Source: Trypanosoma brucei (lineage: Eukaryota). From it: a stretch of DNA of 64,000 bases. Numbering within the stretch: the first letter of the stretch is position 1; every line of letters begins with the position of its first letter. The DNA is taken from positions 640,001 to 704,000 of the forward strand of contig CP000067.1 of the NCBI GenBank assembly GCA_000002445.1, given 5' to 3'. Under the pieces are notes generated by a model that had not been told where the DNA came from, searched no databases, and was given only the letters and a program-made list of their open reading frames with translations. Of the stretch, positions 31,255 to 41,467 are shown one piece after another. A program made the translations under genes and the position numbers.

Positions 31255-32187
31255 GTGTTTTCCCATCGTCCAATCAAAATGTCACTGTGGCCGTTTCGTA
31301 CGGGCAATGACGAACGGTTTCAAGTCACAAGCACAGAAGAAACAATATACGACGCCATAAAGAATGAAATGCCAGCGTACCCGTACGGAACAGAGGTGGA
31401 CCGGTATCTGGAGTGGCGGTGGCGGCGTGGGTTAGTGCAAAGCATCTTTCCTGCCACATGCTATGGAGCATTTGTAGGCTTTGCGGTTGGATATCGTCAA
31501 GCGCGCGTGGAGGGTCGCTACATTGGTCGCTACAAAGTCGTGTGGCGCTACAGCTCAACGTTTGCAGCTGTTGGCCTCTTAACAACCGCATTCCATCATG
31601 TGCTTGTGGTGCGCAATAACTACCACGACCGTTTCTACTACCCCATGATGGCTGGTGCCTCCGGGGCTGTTGTACTCACAGTAGCCTCACAAATGGGGAC
31701 GCTCGGTCAAGGCATGCTAGCCGGCTCTTTAGTTGGTGTACTCTACACCTTAAGTTGCTACGGCATGACATATTACCACAGGCGGCGTCTCAAAATGTTC
31801 CTTCGTCAGCAGCAGACACAACAAGTTCCCGTGCATAAGGTGTCTCCTGAGCTTCAACGCATGTATAGGGCCTACCTTTATGATAACAGACCGTTGGAGG
31901 AGAAAGACGTGATGGTGCGGCGGGCAGTTGTGCTCTCCATGAGTGAAGATGACACCTGTTTGGATGCAAAGCGGGTTTTGCAAAACATGACGCCGGAGAT
32001 ATACGACTGGGTGAATTTTCCTGACTGGTGGCCACTGAAGTTCCCTCAACAGACGGAAGAGGAACGAATGATTTATGAACGGCAGCGCGACGAGGAAGTG
32101 GAGCGGCGAAAACGCGCTTTCCTTGAGACTGATGATGGGGCCCTCATTAAGCGCGTCAATCGGGCAAAAAAATACAGAGATTTATAG
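31255..32187 (+). CDS. Hypothetical membrane protein of 310 aa with Gly/Ala-rich (GxxxG/A) helices and an acidic/basic C-terminal tail.
   Basis: Hydrophobic segments VQSIFPATCYGAFVGFAVGY, FAAVGLLTTAFHHVLVV and MMAGASGAVVLTVASQMGTLGQGMLAGSLVGVLYTL. The C-terminus is charged and probably a soluble tail (EEERMIYERQRDEEVERRKRAF). Confidence 0.5.
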   Translation: MFSHRPIKMSLWPFRTGNDERFQVTSTEETIYDAIKNEMPAYPYGTEVDRYLEWRWRRGLVQSIFPATCYGAFVGFAVGYRQARVEGRYIGRYKVVWRYSSTFAAVGLLTTAFHHVLVVRNNYHDRFYYPMMAGASGAVVLTVASQMGTLGQGMLAGSLVGVLYTLSCYGMTYYHRRRLKMFLRQQQTQQVPVHKVSPELQRMYRAYLYDNRPLEEKDVMVRRAVVLSMSEDDTCLDAKRVLQNMTPEIYDWVNFPDWWPLKFPQQTEEERMIYERQRDEEVERRKRAFLETDDGALIKRVNRAKKYRDL

Positions 32188-32604
32188 CGATTTTCATTCG
32201 TCCGCGCCTTTGTGTAGCTAGAACGGTTCGATGGGCAAATGGACTTGTGATACCCATATCGTGTGTGTTGGCAATTGGATGAAGGTGAACGCAGACATCA
32301 AGTTCGGACAACATAGGCTCAGAATAACGTAAGGGAAAGTATTGTAAAAAGGTAGAGGGACCTCTCCACTACTCGCGTACCATTACGATTCTTCGCTGTT
32401 ATTTTGAATCTTTAATTTACATTCCTGTCTGTATTTTGTCGTCTCTTTGTTGCTGTGTCGTATAGAGGAAGGGAGGGGGGGCTGCGCGGTTTACAATCTT
32501 TCGTTGCAGTCCAGGAGGATAGTTACATTTGCACTAACTTGTAGTAGAAACCTCACCCGAGCAGATCGTGTCCAAATACCGGCTTACCACATACTCTCTC
32601 CTGT

Positions 32605-34572
32605 GTGAAGCAAACATTTCAACGGGGAGTAGGTGGAGAAAACTGGTGGGGGATGACCTTCAATGGAAGGTTTCGTGCGACGCTGCGCGGCATCAATATT
32701 AGAAATGCTTCAATGACTTCGTTGTCATTGACAGGAAGTCATGCACAAAAGCAGACGGTTTTAGGGAGCACTCCGGGGGCATTGGGCACAATACCGACAG
32801 TGGCCCTTAACGGAGTGAACCCACTGCCCCGTTACCGGCACAATCTGTTGTTTGGTACACTTTCATTTGGAGATCGCTGGGATCGTATTCAGCGTCGGTT
32901 GGCTGTTCTTGGGCGGGCGTCTACTGGAAATGTGGTAGTTCCGTTTAGTGACAGTGCTGACGCTTTCCGACGTATGTGGGAGTCTGTCGATTCTGCCAGT
33001 GATTCGGTCCTGTGGCAAACGTACATTTGCAAGGACGATTTCGTCGGGCAAAAAACGGTCAAGAAGTTAGAGGAAGCGCATCGTCGCGGGTGTAAAACAG
33101 AGTTGCTGTACGACTGCGGGGGAAACATAACTGGACGCAGGCGGCTGGTGGGTGACCTCAAAAAGTCTGGAGCTAACGTCATTGAACATCGTCCCATGTG
33201 GGAACATTTTTTCCCCTACTTCCTCAGGGGGATGAAGTGGGAGCTCAGTCCAGGTATACGTAACCACAGAAAAATCCTTATCGTCGACAACAAGTTGGGT
33301 TTCTGTGGTGGCCTCAATATTGGGGACGAGTACTGCGGTACGAGTGAGGGTGGAAATGGACGCTTTAGGGATACACATTGTGTCGTCATGGGTCCCGCCG
33401 TGATGCACATGCGCGAAGTATACGAAGATACAAAGGCGCCAAAGCCATGGAAATGGAGCTTAGCCCGGTGGCGACAGATTGCATCAGCGACAATGAACCT
33501 TCGGTACCTTGAGGGTATGAATGTGAAACATGACTACCTGGAGCCCACCACGACGTTTGTGCGCCAGGGCGGCGGTGTTTACCTCCGCCGCCAGATGGAG
33601 AGAGCGGAACGTAGCACAGTCCGTATGATGGAACGGATGCGATGGAAACGGCAGCGTGAGCGCCTGAATCGATGTCTGCTTACGCTCGCGAAAAACCTTC
33701 GCGAGGGGCAGGGGCTTGTATTCAAAGCCGCAACAGGTAAAGGCGATGACGTGGCAACCACGGATGCGGGAAGCAAGAGAAACAATGAGGTGTCTCATGG
33801 GCAATGGAAACTGATGAAGCGCCGCATCGACGAGTACCGCCAGCGTGCAATTAAAAACGCCGAGGAATCCTTTTTCCGTAGGTTGAGGGTGGTTAACCCA
33901 TCGATGCGCCTCCTTGAAGACACCTCACCCGTTGCGGAAGCTGAGGCATATGGTCAAGCGCATGCCGCTGTGACGCAGGTGCTCTCCTGTAATCCCCACT
34001 CACGTGACTGGTCCATTCCTTATGCCTTTTGGCAAGTGTCAAAGTTTGTTCACCAGAGATTGTGGGTTACCACTCCTTATTATATGCCTCACAGGAAGTT
34101 AATGCGTGCCCTTCAGTTGGCTGCTCGCCGTGGTGTCGATGTCCGCATCCTCGCAGGAAGCAACCGGACAACAGACCCATGGTTCATGTGGTATGCATCG
34201 AATTATATCACGGGTATGCTAATGGCATCGGGGGTTCGCGTCTACGAATATAAGGGAGGGCAGGTGATGCACGCTAAAACAGTGGTAGCGGACAGCATAT
34301 GGACCTCCATCGGGAGTTACAACTGGGACATGATGAGCAATAAGAATATGGAAATTTGTGTTTGCCACCTGGACCACAATTTGGCTCTAACTATGGAAAA
34401 GCAGTTTCTTGACGACATGAATGTGAGCGAGGAGGTGAACTATGAAGAATATCAACGGCGCTCCTTGTGGCTACGGTTCTCCTCGTGGTTTTTCTACACC
34501 GCTTTGCGGATCGCGGAGAAGTTCACGTTTCGAACCTTCTGGGATCCCGATCTCTCCTCCGAGATAGACTAG
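32605..34572 (+). CDS. CLS: Cardiolipin synthase of the bacterial/PLD type, with two HKD motifs.
   Basis: HKD motif 1 is [26 protein letters not shown] motif 2 is [23 protein letters not shown]. Both have the H-x-K-x4-D...G-S/G-x-N architecture of the PLD superfamily. The large size (655 aa) and position are consistent with T. brucei CLS, from memory. Confidence 0.85.
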
Positions 34573-35623
34573 CAGCTCACGAACCGTGCCCTAGTTGTTG
34601 TTATTACTATTCTGATCTTTCTGTACCTGACCCCTGGCGCTTATGTACAGGGAAGTGTGAAGGAAGATTCTTCGTTACTGAGCGGATCCCCACTCCCTCA
34701 AGGTGTGGTCCGGCCAGCCCAAAAAAAAATAAAATATAAGTAAAGGCACGCGGCTCTAACTGTAAGGCGGAGTCTCGCGATTAAAATAGAATGGACGTAA
34801 AAACAGCGCACAAATCAGTCAGATTTGTTCTTTCTCTTCTCCCACTTTGTTTTTTATTCCCCTTCCCTCGCCACCATACCGCTGGGCCGAGCCACCGTCA
34901 CCGCCATGACTTGCTCAACTAATAATACGTGTTGAGACCCACCACCAGTTGGTGGGTGGCCCTCGACGGATATGGGGAAGGGAGAAGGGGTGCACGAGGG
35001 TGTTAAACTTACACACAGTTTCTTACACGTTTATCGACACTTGAGCATCTGATACTTATAATACGGAAAAAAAGGAGAAAGGAGGAAAACAAAGTGTAAG
35101 GGGTCTATTGGTTATTGACGGCGTTACTAATTCTTTCTTCACCATTGCGTGCGTAACATCAGCACCGTTATTTATTGATATATATATATATATATGTATG
35201 TGGCTTTTTTATTTTTACACTGTTCCTCTTTGTGCCGACCATCACAATTATTACCGCCGTTCTCGTCATTTTCATTTTTCATCCGTTTGGCTAGCGATCG
35301 AGAGGGGAGAACAGAAGTTGTGGGGACGGGGGTTTGGACCCGTTTTGCAACAAGGCGTTTGTTCCTTTGTCCGATCGATGCTGGGCAGTTGCTCACATTT
35401 CGCATCGCTTACGCTTCGTTGATGCTCTTGTACAAAACTTCCTTTTTCGCTCTTACCTCTTTGTTGTTGTTCTCGTTATTGGATGTTATTTTACTATTTG
35501 CAGCGCATAACTCATCTGCTGGTTATGCTGCGTTTTCACAATTTATCTTTGCATACACGTGTCGCACCTTCTCTCTTTGTTTTGTTTGGGTATCTTTCGC
35601 CTACGCTTCGTTAAATTGTCCAC

Positions 35624-37027
35624 TTGCTACTGAGTTTTCCAGCGGTAAGTTGTGTTTTGAGCGTATTCCCTCACCACAACACCGATATGACTAACAATCA
35701 TGTAGAAAATAATTGCATCGCCCACTTTCTGCGCCAGTCTGGCTCAGGTGAGGTAACCGGAAGGGTACACATGCTGCTGTTAGCAGCCACAAAGAGGCTC
35801 ACAAGTGACATCAGAGAACTCAATAAGGAGGTGCGGCCCCCACCCGAGAAGTTGGGCGCCCTGGAGCGCACCACTCGCAAAATCAAGGAAATTGTTGCAG
35901 CTGCATTCAGTACGAGGCCACTTGACGTGGTTGATTCCACTGAGAAACATTCACGCGGAGTAGTTGACGTTTTGTGCCATGGTAGTCACGTTTACAGCAC
36001 GGCGCTCGCCGATTCGGCTTTGGATATCACAGTCATCACAAACGACAACCCCCGAGCACGTTACTACTGGCGATCGCTGCGCGATAACGTAGAGAGCATG
36101 GAGACCGTTGAAAGCCTTTTATTACTTCCTGTTAAGGGGACGGAAGCTGCGGCTCTGCAGCCGTACCCTGCCTCCCTCCCGGTGACACTGCCATTGCTGG
36201 AGCGTACTGACATGCTGCAGTATTTAAGTACCGTCATCTCAAAATCATCACTATCGCGGGTTAGTATAAATCGTCATTCGCACAACACGTTCGAGCGGAT
36301 TTGCCTTGGTGGCGCTGCGGATGAAATTGGCATGAATTTGACGGTTAATCAGCGCGACTCCGTAGAGGCTTGTGGGGTTTTACGCCAGTTCTTGCGTAGC
36401 AACGAGCCGGTGCGGCATGTGATCATTTTGATGAAAGTAATTCTGAAGCAGCTACATATACACTCTTCACAGCTCACCCCTTACGTCCTGACGTTGATGG
36501 TTGTTGCATTCTCCCGCCATTGTGCTAATGAGTATCCGCTTTGCGGTTCGTTTCATTACCCACACAGACGCAACATGGTGGAATCGGGGTACTTGCTACT
36601 TTCTTTTCTCAGCTTCTTTAGCCCGCCGCCACGTGGCCTGTTCACCCCCACAGACATGCTTATTGTTCCTATGCATCCTGACGGTATCATTAAGCGCTCG
36701 ACGTGTGTGCCCGCCCCATCACCTGGGGAATGCGTTAATAGTTGGAAAGTTATGGATCCCATTTGTCACAATCAAAACGTGGCCGCCTCTTGCAGTGCTA
36801 TCGATCAGTGTCCCCTTTTTTTCGAACGTATACTTAACCGCCTTCTATGTGGTTATTTGGATGCGTCAGTGCTTCCTCTGCAACACGTTGATGTGGAACT
36901 GGCGGATGGGAGCAACAAGTGGGAGGCGAATCATTGCCATTGGATGAATGCTTTTACAGGATGTGGTCGCCCTCTCTTCGCGTTATTAAAGGCGTGGAGA
37001 GCTCACAAGAAAACAGACCTCTCATAG
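35624..37027 (+). CDS. Hypothetical protein that may have a Pol-beta-like nucleotidyltransferase fold (PAP/TUTase-like) but with a degenerate catalytic triad. The likely true start is the ATG at 35687, because the first 21 codons are encoded by a polypyrimidine tract.
   Basis: CHGSHVYSTALADSALDITVITND resembles the NTase 'hG[GS]x9-13[DE]h[DE]h' signature, but the carboxylates are spaced D-x3-D instead of DxD. Helical segments follow (LMKVILKQLHIHSSQLTPYVLTLMVVAF) that are reminiscent of a PAP-associated region. This assignment is weak. Confidence 0.4.
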   Translation: MLLSFPAVSCVLSVFPHHNTDMTNNHVENNCIAHFLRQSGSGEVTGRVHMLLLAATKRLTSDIRELNKEVRPPPEKLGALERTTRKIKEIVAAAFSTRPLDVVDSTEKHSRGVVDVLCHGSHVYSTALADSALDITVITNDNPRARYYWRSLRDNVESMETVESLLLLPVKGTEAAALQPYPASLPVTLPLLERTDMLQYLSTVISKSSLSRVSINRHSHNTFERICLGGAADEIGMNLTVNQRDSVEACGVLRQFLRSNEPVRHVIILMKVILKQLHIHSSQLTPYVLTLMVVAFSRHCANEYPLCGSFHYPHRRNMVESGYLLLSFLSFFSPPPRGLFTPTDMLIVPMHPDGIIKRSTCVPAPSPGECVNSWKVMDPICHNQNVAASCSAIDQCPLFFERILNRLLCGYLDASVLPLQHVDVELADGSNKWEANHCHWMNAFTGCGRPLFALLKAWRAHKKTDLS

Positions 37028-37617
37028 GCCGTATTTTTGCTGATTCCTCTGAAAGGTGTCCGTTTGATCTTCCGGAGAAAGCAATTAACTTGTTTTGTGT
37101 TCCTGGTTTTACGTTGTTGACGAGTGTTCTCATGTGTTGTTTTGGGTATGAACCCGGCATTTCTTGTTATCATTGCCGTTTCCGTTAGCGTTAACTTTCG
37201 TTACAGAGGACAGACGCATTTTTGTGGGGAGTGTTGATTGCACATATTATATTCGATATATGCCAAATATACCCGTGGGTTATTTTGAGTTTACGTTTGT
37301 TTTCATTTTCCTTTGTTATTTCCGAGACTCGTGAGAGCGATTGTTTTGGTTAGTTTGGCATATACATAAGATGATGGAATTCTTTTTCTTTTATTCTTTC
37401 ATTGGGAACTCTCAAACAAATAAACATAGTGACCGTTGTCTACGGTGTAACAGACGTGTCGTAAAACGTGTTGGTTATGAATGTTACACAAATATCCGGA
37501 CACACGCGCACACACACTTTTTATTTCGTATATGTCACCCTCAGCTATTACAGAAACCCTCTCTTCTACCTTCGTTTTTATTAGTCAGTTGCGTCGAAGC
37601 GGTGTGCCCGTCGCTGC

Positions 37618-40600
37618 TTGCTTCCGGTTGCATTGATGCATAATCGTCTATACCACAGGGTTATGCTGCGCCGGAGGCCGCAAGGAATTATAGGATCATG
37701 TAGGTTCGGTCTGTCGTACCGCAACGTCTGGCACATCACATCACGACTTTGCAATGCAGGAAACACAGGAAGTCCACAAACAGCGACTGGCGCATCAGCG
37801 GAAACCGCCATAGGAGGGAGAATGGATGACACGAGAGCCCATCAATGGAATGATACAACCCTATTGAATGACATTGCACGCATTCTCTGTCAACTTCTGT
37901 CTCAGCGTGGTACGGCGAAACAGGACAAGTCCGAAGGCTCCCAAGAAACAAAATCTCTTCACGTTCACGAGCTCTTCCGTGAGCTCGGCGTCGAACTTCG
38001 GTATCAGCTGCAAAACTCCTCTTTTGGTCTTTTGGACCGGGCCCTCCAAAGTAAACCGGAATGGTTTGTTCTCAGTGCCAATGGATCGGCAGTGAGTTGT
38101 ACGGAAGCAATGCGGTTGCATCTTGAGGGAATTGGCAGAGAAGGATTCACGGACACAATTCCTGGGGCCGCTAACGTCCCCAACCTTGAGTGCAAAGCGC
38201 GAAGTGTGAGATGCTCCAAGCCCGCAGGTCATCTTATAAGTTGCAAAACCAATGTATTGGTTCACGGTCCTCTGGCCACTACGCCGGTAGACGTGTCTAA
38301 GCCACCAATTACTCCCGAGGAAATCGAGCAGCTGAAGCTTAGACGGCTTATTTGCCCTCTTAATTTGTATTTCCTCCTTGATGGCCCCCCGGTGACTCTG
38401 TTCCCCTCCGGTGACAAGCCACGTCGACTCTCAGATCAGTTCCAAGAGTTGGATGCACTGTATGTTGCAAAGGGGTTCTTCTCGCCTTCTGAAGTTGCGG
38501 CGGCATTTATTCACATTACACCCACGTTTTTCGTGGAAACACGTCATGTTCTTAATGCCATGTCACCTGATGTCGCGCACAGCTTTGAGCGGCACATGTC
38601 AAGGGACCATATCGTTGATGCATTCTTTAAGAAGTATCCCATGATCTTCAAACTAAAAACTGGAAAATTTCAGAAGGCATCGGTGAAGCTAAACCTTGAT
38701 TTTCCGTTTGTTCGTGACTATCCTGGTTGTGGCCGCGCTGATCGCCCCTTGCGACGTTACAATCAGGAGTACCGGGCCACGGTCGGTGGTTTATCGGCTC
38801 GGCCGCTTCCTTCAGCCGAACCGGCGGCGAACGCACGTCGTGGGGAACCGCACATCGACGTGAAAATATTTGAGGTACTTGTGCGAAATTTACCACGGGT
38901 TCCAACAGATCCCACGATTCCAAAGCAGCAGCTCGAGGAACAGCGATGCCAGTCATTTCCTCTGGTTGAGTGGATCAATAAGTTCTCCCAGGATGACATT
39001 GAGACGCTGAATAGTGTGCCACAAGCACGAGTGCTGACGCTCATGACCCGCTACGTCCGAATTTTCCAACTTATGTGCCATGGTGAGGATGGAAACGTGT
39101 TTACAGAATCGAAGTGCCTTGACCAGTTGCGAAATGGTAGGCGAAGTCTTCCCGAAGAGCGGTCGAATGCGTCTCGCGCTGCTTCGGACTCAACCAAATT
39201 AGATGAGGATCTCCAAGGGGAAGTAGTTGATTTCGGAGTTGATGATATAGAAGACGAGGATGGCAAGACGCCTGACACGGCACTGATCGCATCTAAAGAG
39301 GAGGTGAAACGGCGGGAGGCAAATCTGTCGGCTGCGTTGCGGGATGATCTCATTGGCTTGGACGAGATCTTACTTGAAGGTAAGTGTCCCTCAGTCGAAC
39401 CCGTCGAAAAAGATGGCGTTACCTCGGGTCAAGACAATGGGGACAGCGCGTCTCTTAAGAATCCTGAAGACGGGGACGATGAGGTTGATGGTTTTGAGGG
39501 TGGATCCAACTGCGCTGAAGGGGACGACGTTTTCCTTCCTTGCGGCGAAGGGAACGAGGAAACCGAGTTTAGGCGCTCAAGGAACGTAGACTCTTCATTT
39601 CCCAATGAAGAGGAAGGCCAAAGTGGGTTTTACATTCCGTCGCGGTATGACATCATTTACGTCCGTCGTTTGCCCAAGCACATCGCCCCGAGAAGTCTAA
39701 GCGATTATAACGTAGCCACAACTCCCGAGCCTGAGCTGTTGCAGTATCTGGTGGCGTTCCTTAACCCACCACCCTCCCTGCATGGGAATCTTATGATGAA
39801 GAAGGTGCCGCCGCCTCTTAAGTTTGCGGAAGGGAAACCTCCCATGCCTTGGCGCTGGGTTCCCGTTCAACGTATTTACGCCTCGCTCAGCAAAGAGCAA
39901 AAGCGATTGCTCCGGCCCTACAAGGGACTTGTGCACTTCATGCGCCTCCACGGTGAGGTCTTTGAACTCAGTGACGACCTCTTGCATGTTATTGCGCATG
40001 ATCCGCAGGGGAAAATACCTCCGTTTGTTCCTACGCAAACTGTCTTTAACAGTGAGGATCGTGTTTTGCTGCCGCCTACACTTGATGACGACGAGAACTC
40101 GAAGGCATCACTGATTGGGGATACGGAGCGGAACAAATTCCGGAGTATTTTGGGCGCTAGTCAAATACCGACTGATCGCCGCCAACTTCTGCTGCTTGAC
40201 CCGCAGAACCCTCTGCTTGATCATGAAGTGCTGTGTGAGGAGGTTTCTTTCTTCATGCCGGACCATCCCGTTTCCCTCCATCAACTGGTGGCACGACTGC
40301 CACCCATTCTAAAGGCGGCACTTTCCCATCGGCATCGCAACAATTTCAAGTCAAGTAAACACCTCACTGTCTGGTCGGATGGCACTCGTATGATGTTGCA
40401 AAAGAGTAAACTCGGTGTGCCGGAAGCAGCACTTCAGGCGGAGGAAGGTCTTAGCGTAGAGGATGCTGTTGAGTGCATTCGGGAGGTGGTTCCTGATGAG
40501 GGCATTATGGTTGGGCATTTGCAACGCATGTTGCCGAGCGCAGCAAAACGCACGCTCAAGGAGCAATTTGGTGGTCTTCACACTGCTCTACTGGGATATC

Positions 40601-40683
40601 CGCAGTATTTCTACATTGAGAAGAATGGTGAAGACCGCAACAGCAGCATGCTATTCCTCGTAGAACGACTGCAGCACGAGTAA
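37618..40683 (+). CDS. Hypothetical protein of 1021 aa with a central acidic low-complexity region.
   Basis: A 3 kb + strand ORF with an acidic stretch (DDIEDEDGKT...EDGDDEVDGFEGG). The N-terminus is basic and amphipathic (MLRRRPQGIIGSCRF), which could be an organellar presequence. I recognised no catalytic motif. Confidence 0.55.
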   Translation: MLPVALMHNRLYHRVMLRRRPQGIIGSCRFGLSYRNVWHITSRLCNAGNTGSPQTATGASAETAIGGRMDDTRAHQWNDTTLLNDIARILCQLLSQRGTAKQDKSEGSQETKSLHVHELFRELGVELRYQLQNSSFGLLDRALQSKPEWFVLSANGSAVSCTEAMRLHLEGIGREGFTDTIPGAANVPNLECKARSVRCSKPAGHLISCKTNVLVHGPLATTPVDVSKPPITPEEIEQLKLRRLICPLNLYFLLDGPPVTLFPSGDKPRRLSDQFQELDALYVAKGFFSPSEVAAAFIHITPTFFVETRHVLNAMSPDVAHSFERHMSRDHIVDAFFKKYPMIFKLKTGKFQKASVKLNLDFPFVRDYPGCGRADRPLRRYNQEYRATVGGLSARPLPSAEPAANARRGEPHIDVKIFEVLVRNLPRVPTDPTIPKQQLEEQRCQSFPLVEWINKFSQDDIETLNSVPQARVLTLMTRYVRIFQLMCHGEDGNVFTESKCLDQLRNGRRSLPEERSNASRAASDSTKLDEDLQGEVVDFGVDDIEDEDGKTPDTALIASKEEVKRREANLSAALRDDLIGLDEILLEGKCPSVEPVEKDGVTSGQDNGDSASLKNPEDGDDEVDGFEGGSNCAEGDDVFLPCGEGNEETEFRRSRNVDSSFPNEEEGQSGFYIPSRYDIIYVRRLPKHIAPRSLSDYNVATTPEPELLQYLVAFLNPPPSLHGNLMMKKVPPPLKFAEGKPPMPWRWVPVQRIYASLSKEQKRLLRPYKGLVHFMRLHGEVFELSDDLLHVIAHDPQGKIPPFVPTQTVFNSEDRVLLPPTLDDDENSKASLIGDTERNKFRSILGASQIPTDRRQLLLLDPQNPLLDHEVLCEEVSFFMPDHPVSLHQLVARLPPILKAALSHRHRNNFKSSKHLTVWSDGTRMMLQKSKLGVPEAALQAEEGLSVEDAVECIREVVPDEGIMVGHLQRMLPSAAKRTLKEQFGGLHTALLGYPQYFYIEKNGEDRNSSMLFLVERLQHE

Positions 40684-41467
40684 CACCGACTCGTCCGTAC
40701 CCAATACAACTTTTTTCTTTGCCCTTTTGCAAGCAAGCGGCGCCCGCTATTCTCTTGTAATATCTCACACTCTGGCAAAGGGCGATGGATTTGCCGGTGG
40801 ATGATTATCTTTTTCCGAAAGGAAAAGATATGTTTGGTCCATTTCTGGTGTGTTGGATGGGTCAAGGGGATACCCGTTTGTGTAGTGAACAACAGCCGTT
40901 TTTTTTTCATTCGTGGGAGAAGCTATCGAAACTTTTCTTCGCCGCGTCTAAACTCAGCTTCCTGAAAGATCGAAATGACGTGGAACGCGATGGGAAATCC
41001 AGAGCAAGGCCGCGCAGTTCATATGCCAACTGGGAGTCACTGTATGTTCACCACAGGTGGATGCGCTCATGCGCGTGCGCATACGGGTAAATTTGTTTAC
41101 ATTATTCTGTCGGTTAATCGATGTGGGCTCATTGGCCAATGAAAGTGCTGCCGCATACAAACATAAACAAAAACAAGCAGTCTGGAATGCATATGCTTGC
41201 ATACGTGCTTGTGCATGTACCAAACCGCGGTCAGCGCCATTGGGCTTCATATATCGGCGGTAAGTTCATTAGTCTCATATATTTTGCGATTGTTTAGCAC
41301 ATGCGCACTTACACACCGTTTCCATGACATGTTTTCCCGCTCTGTTCCCTCCTAGCCTCATTGAAATCGTCTTCACTTTCCCTTCTACTACTCTCAAATG
41401 CCAATAACATTGTTCAAATATATCTGCACATATACATATACGTACACATAAGTGAGGTGGTGGCTGC

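Noticed and set aside
35194-35694. A 166 aa + strand ORF upstream of the NTase-like gene.
   Set aside because: It is encoded almost entirely by a polypyrimidine-rich tract, which gives Leu/Phe/Ser-rich codons. That is consistent with a splice or polyadenylation signal region and not with coding sequence.
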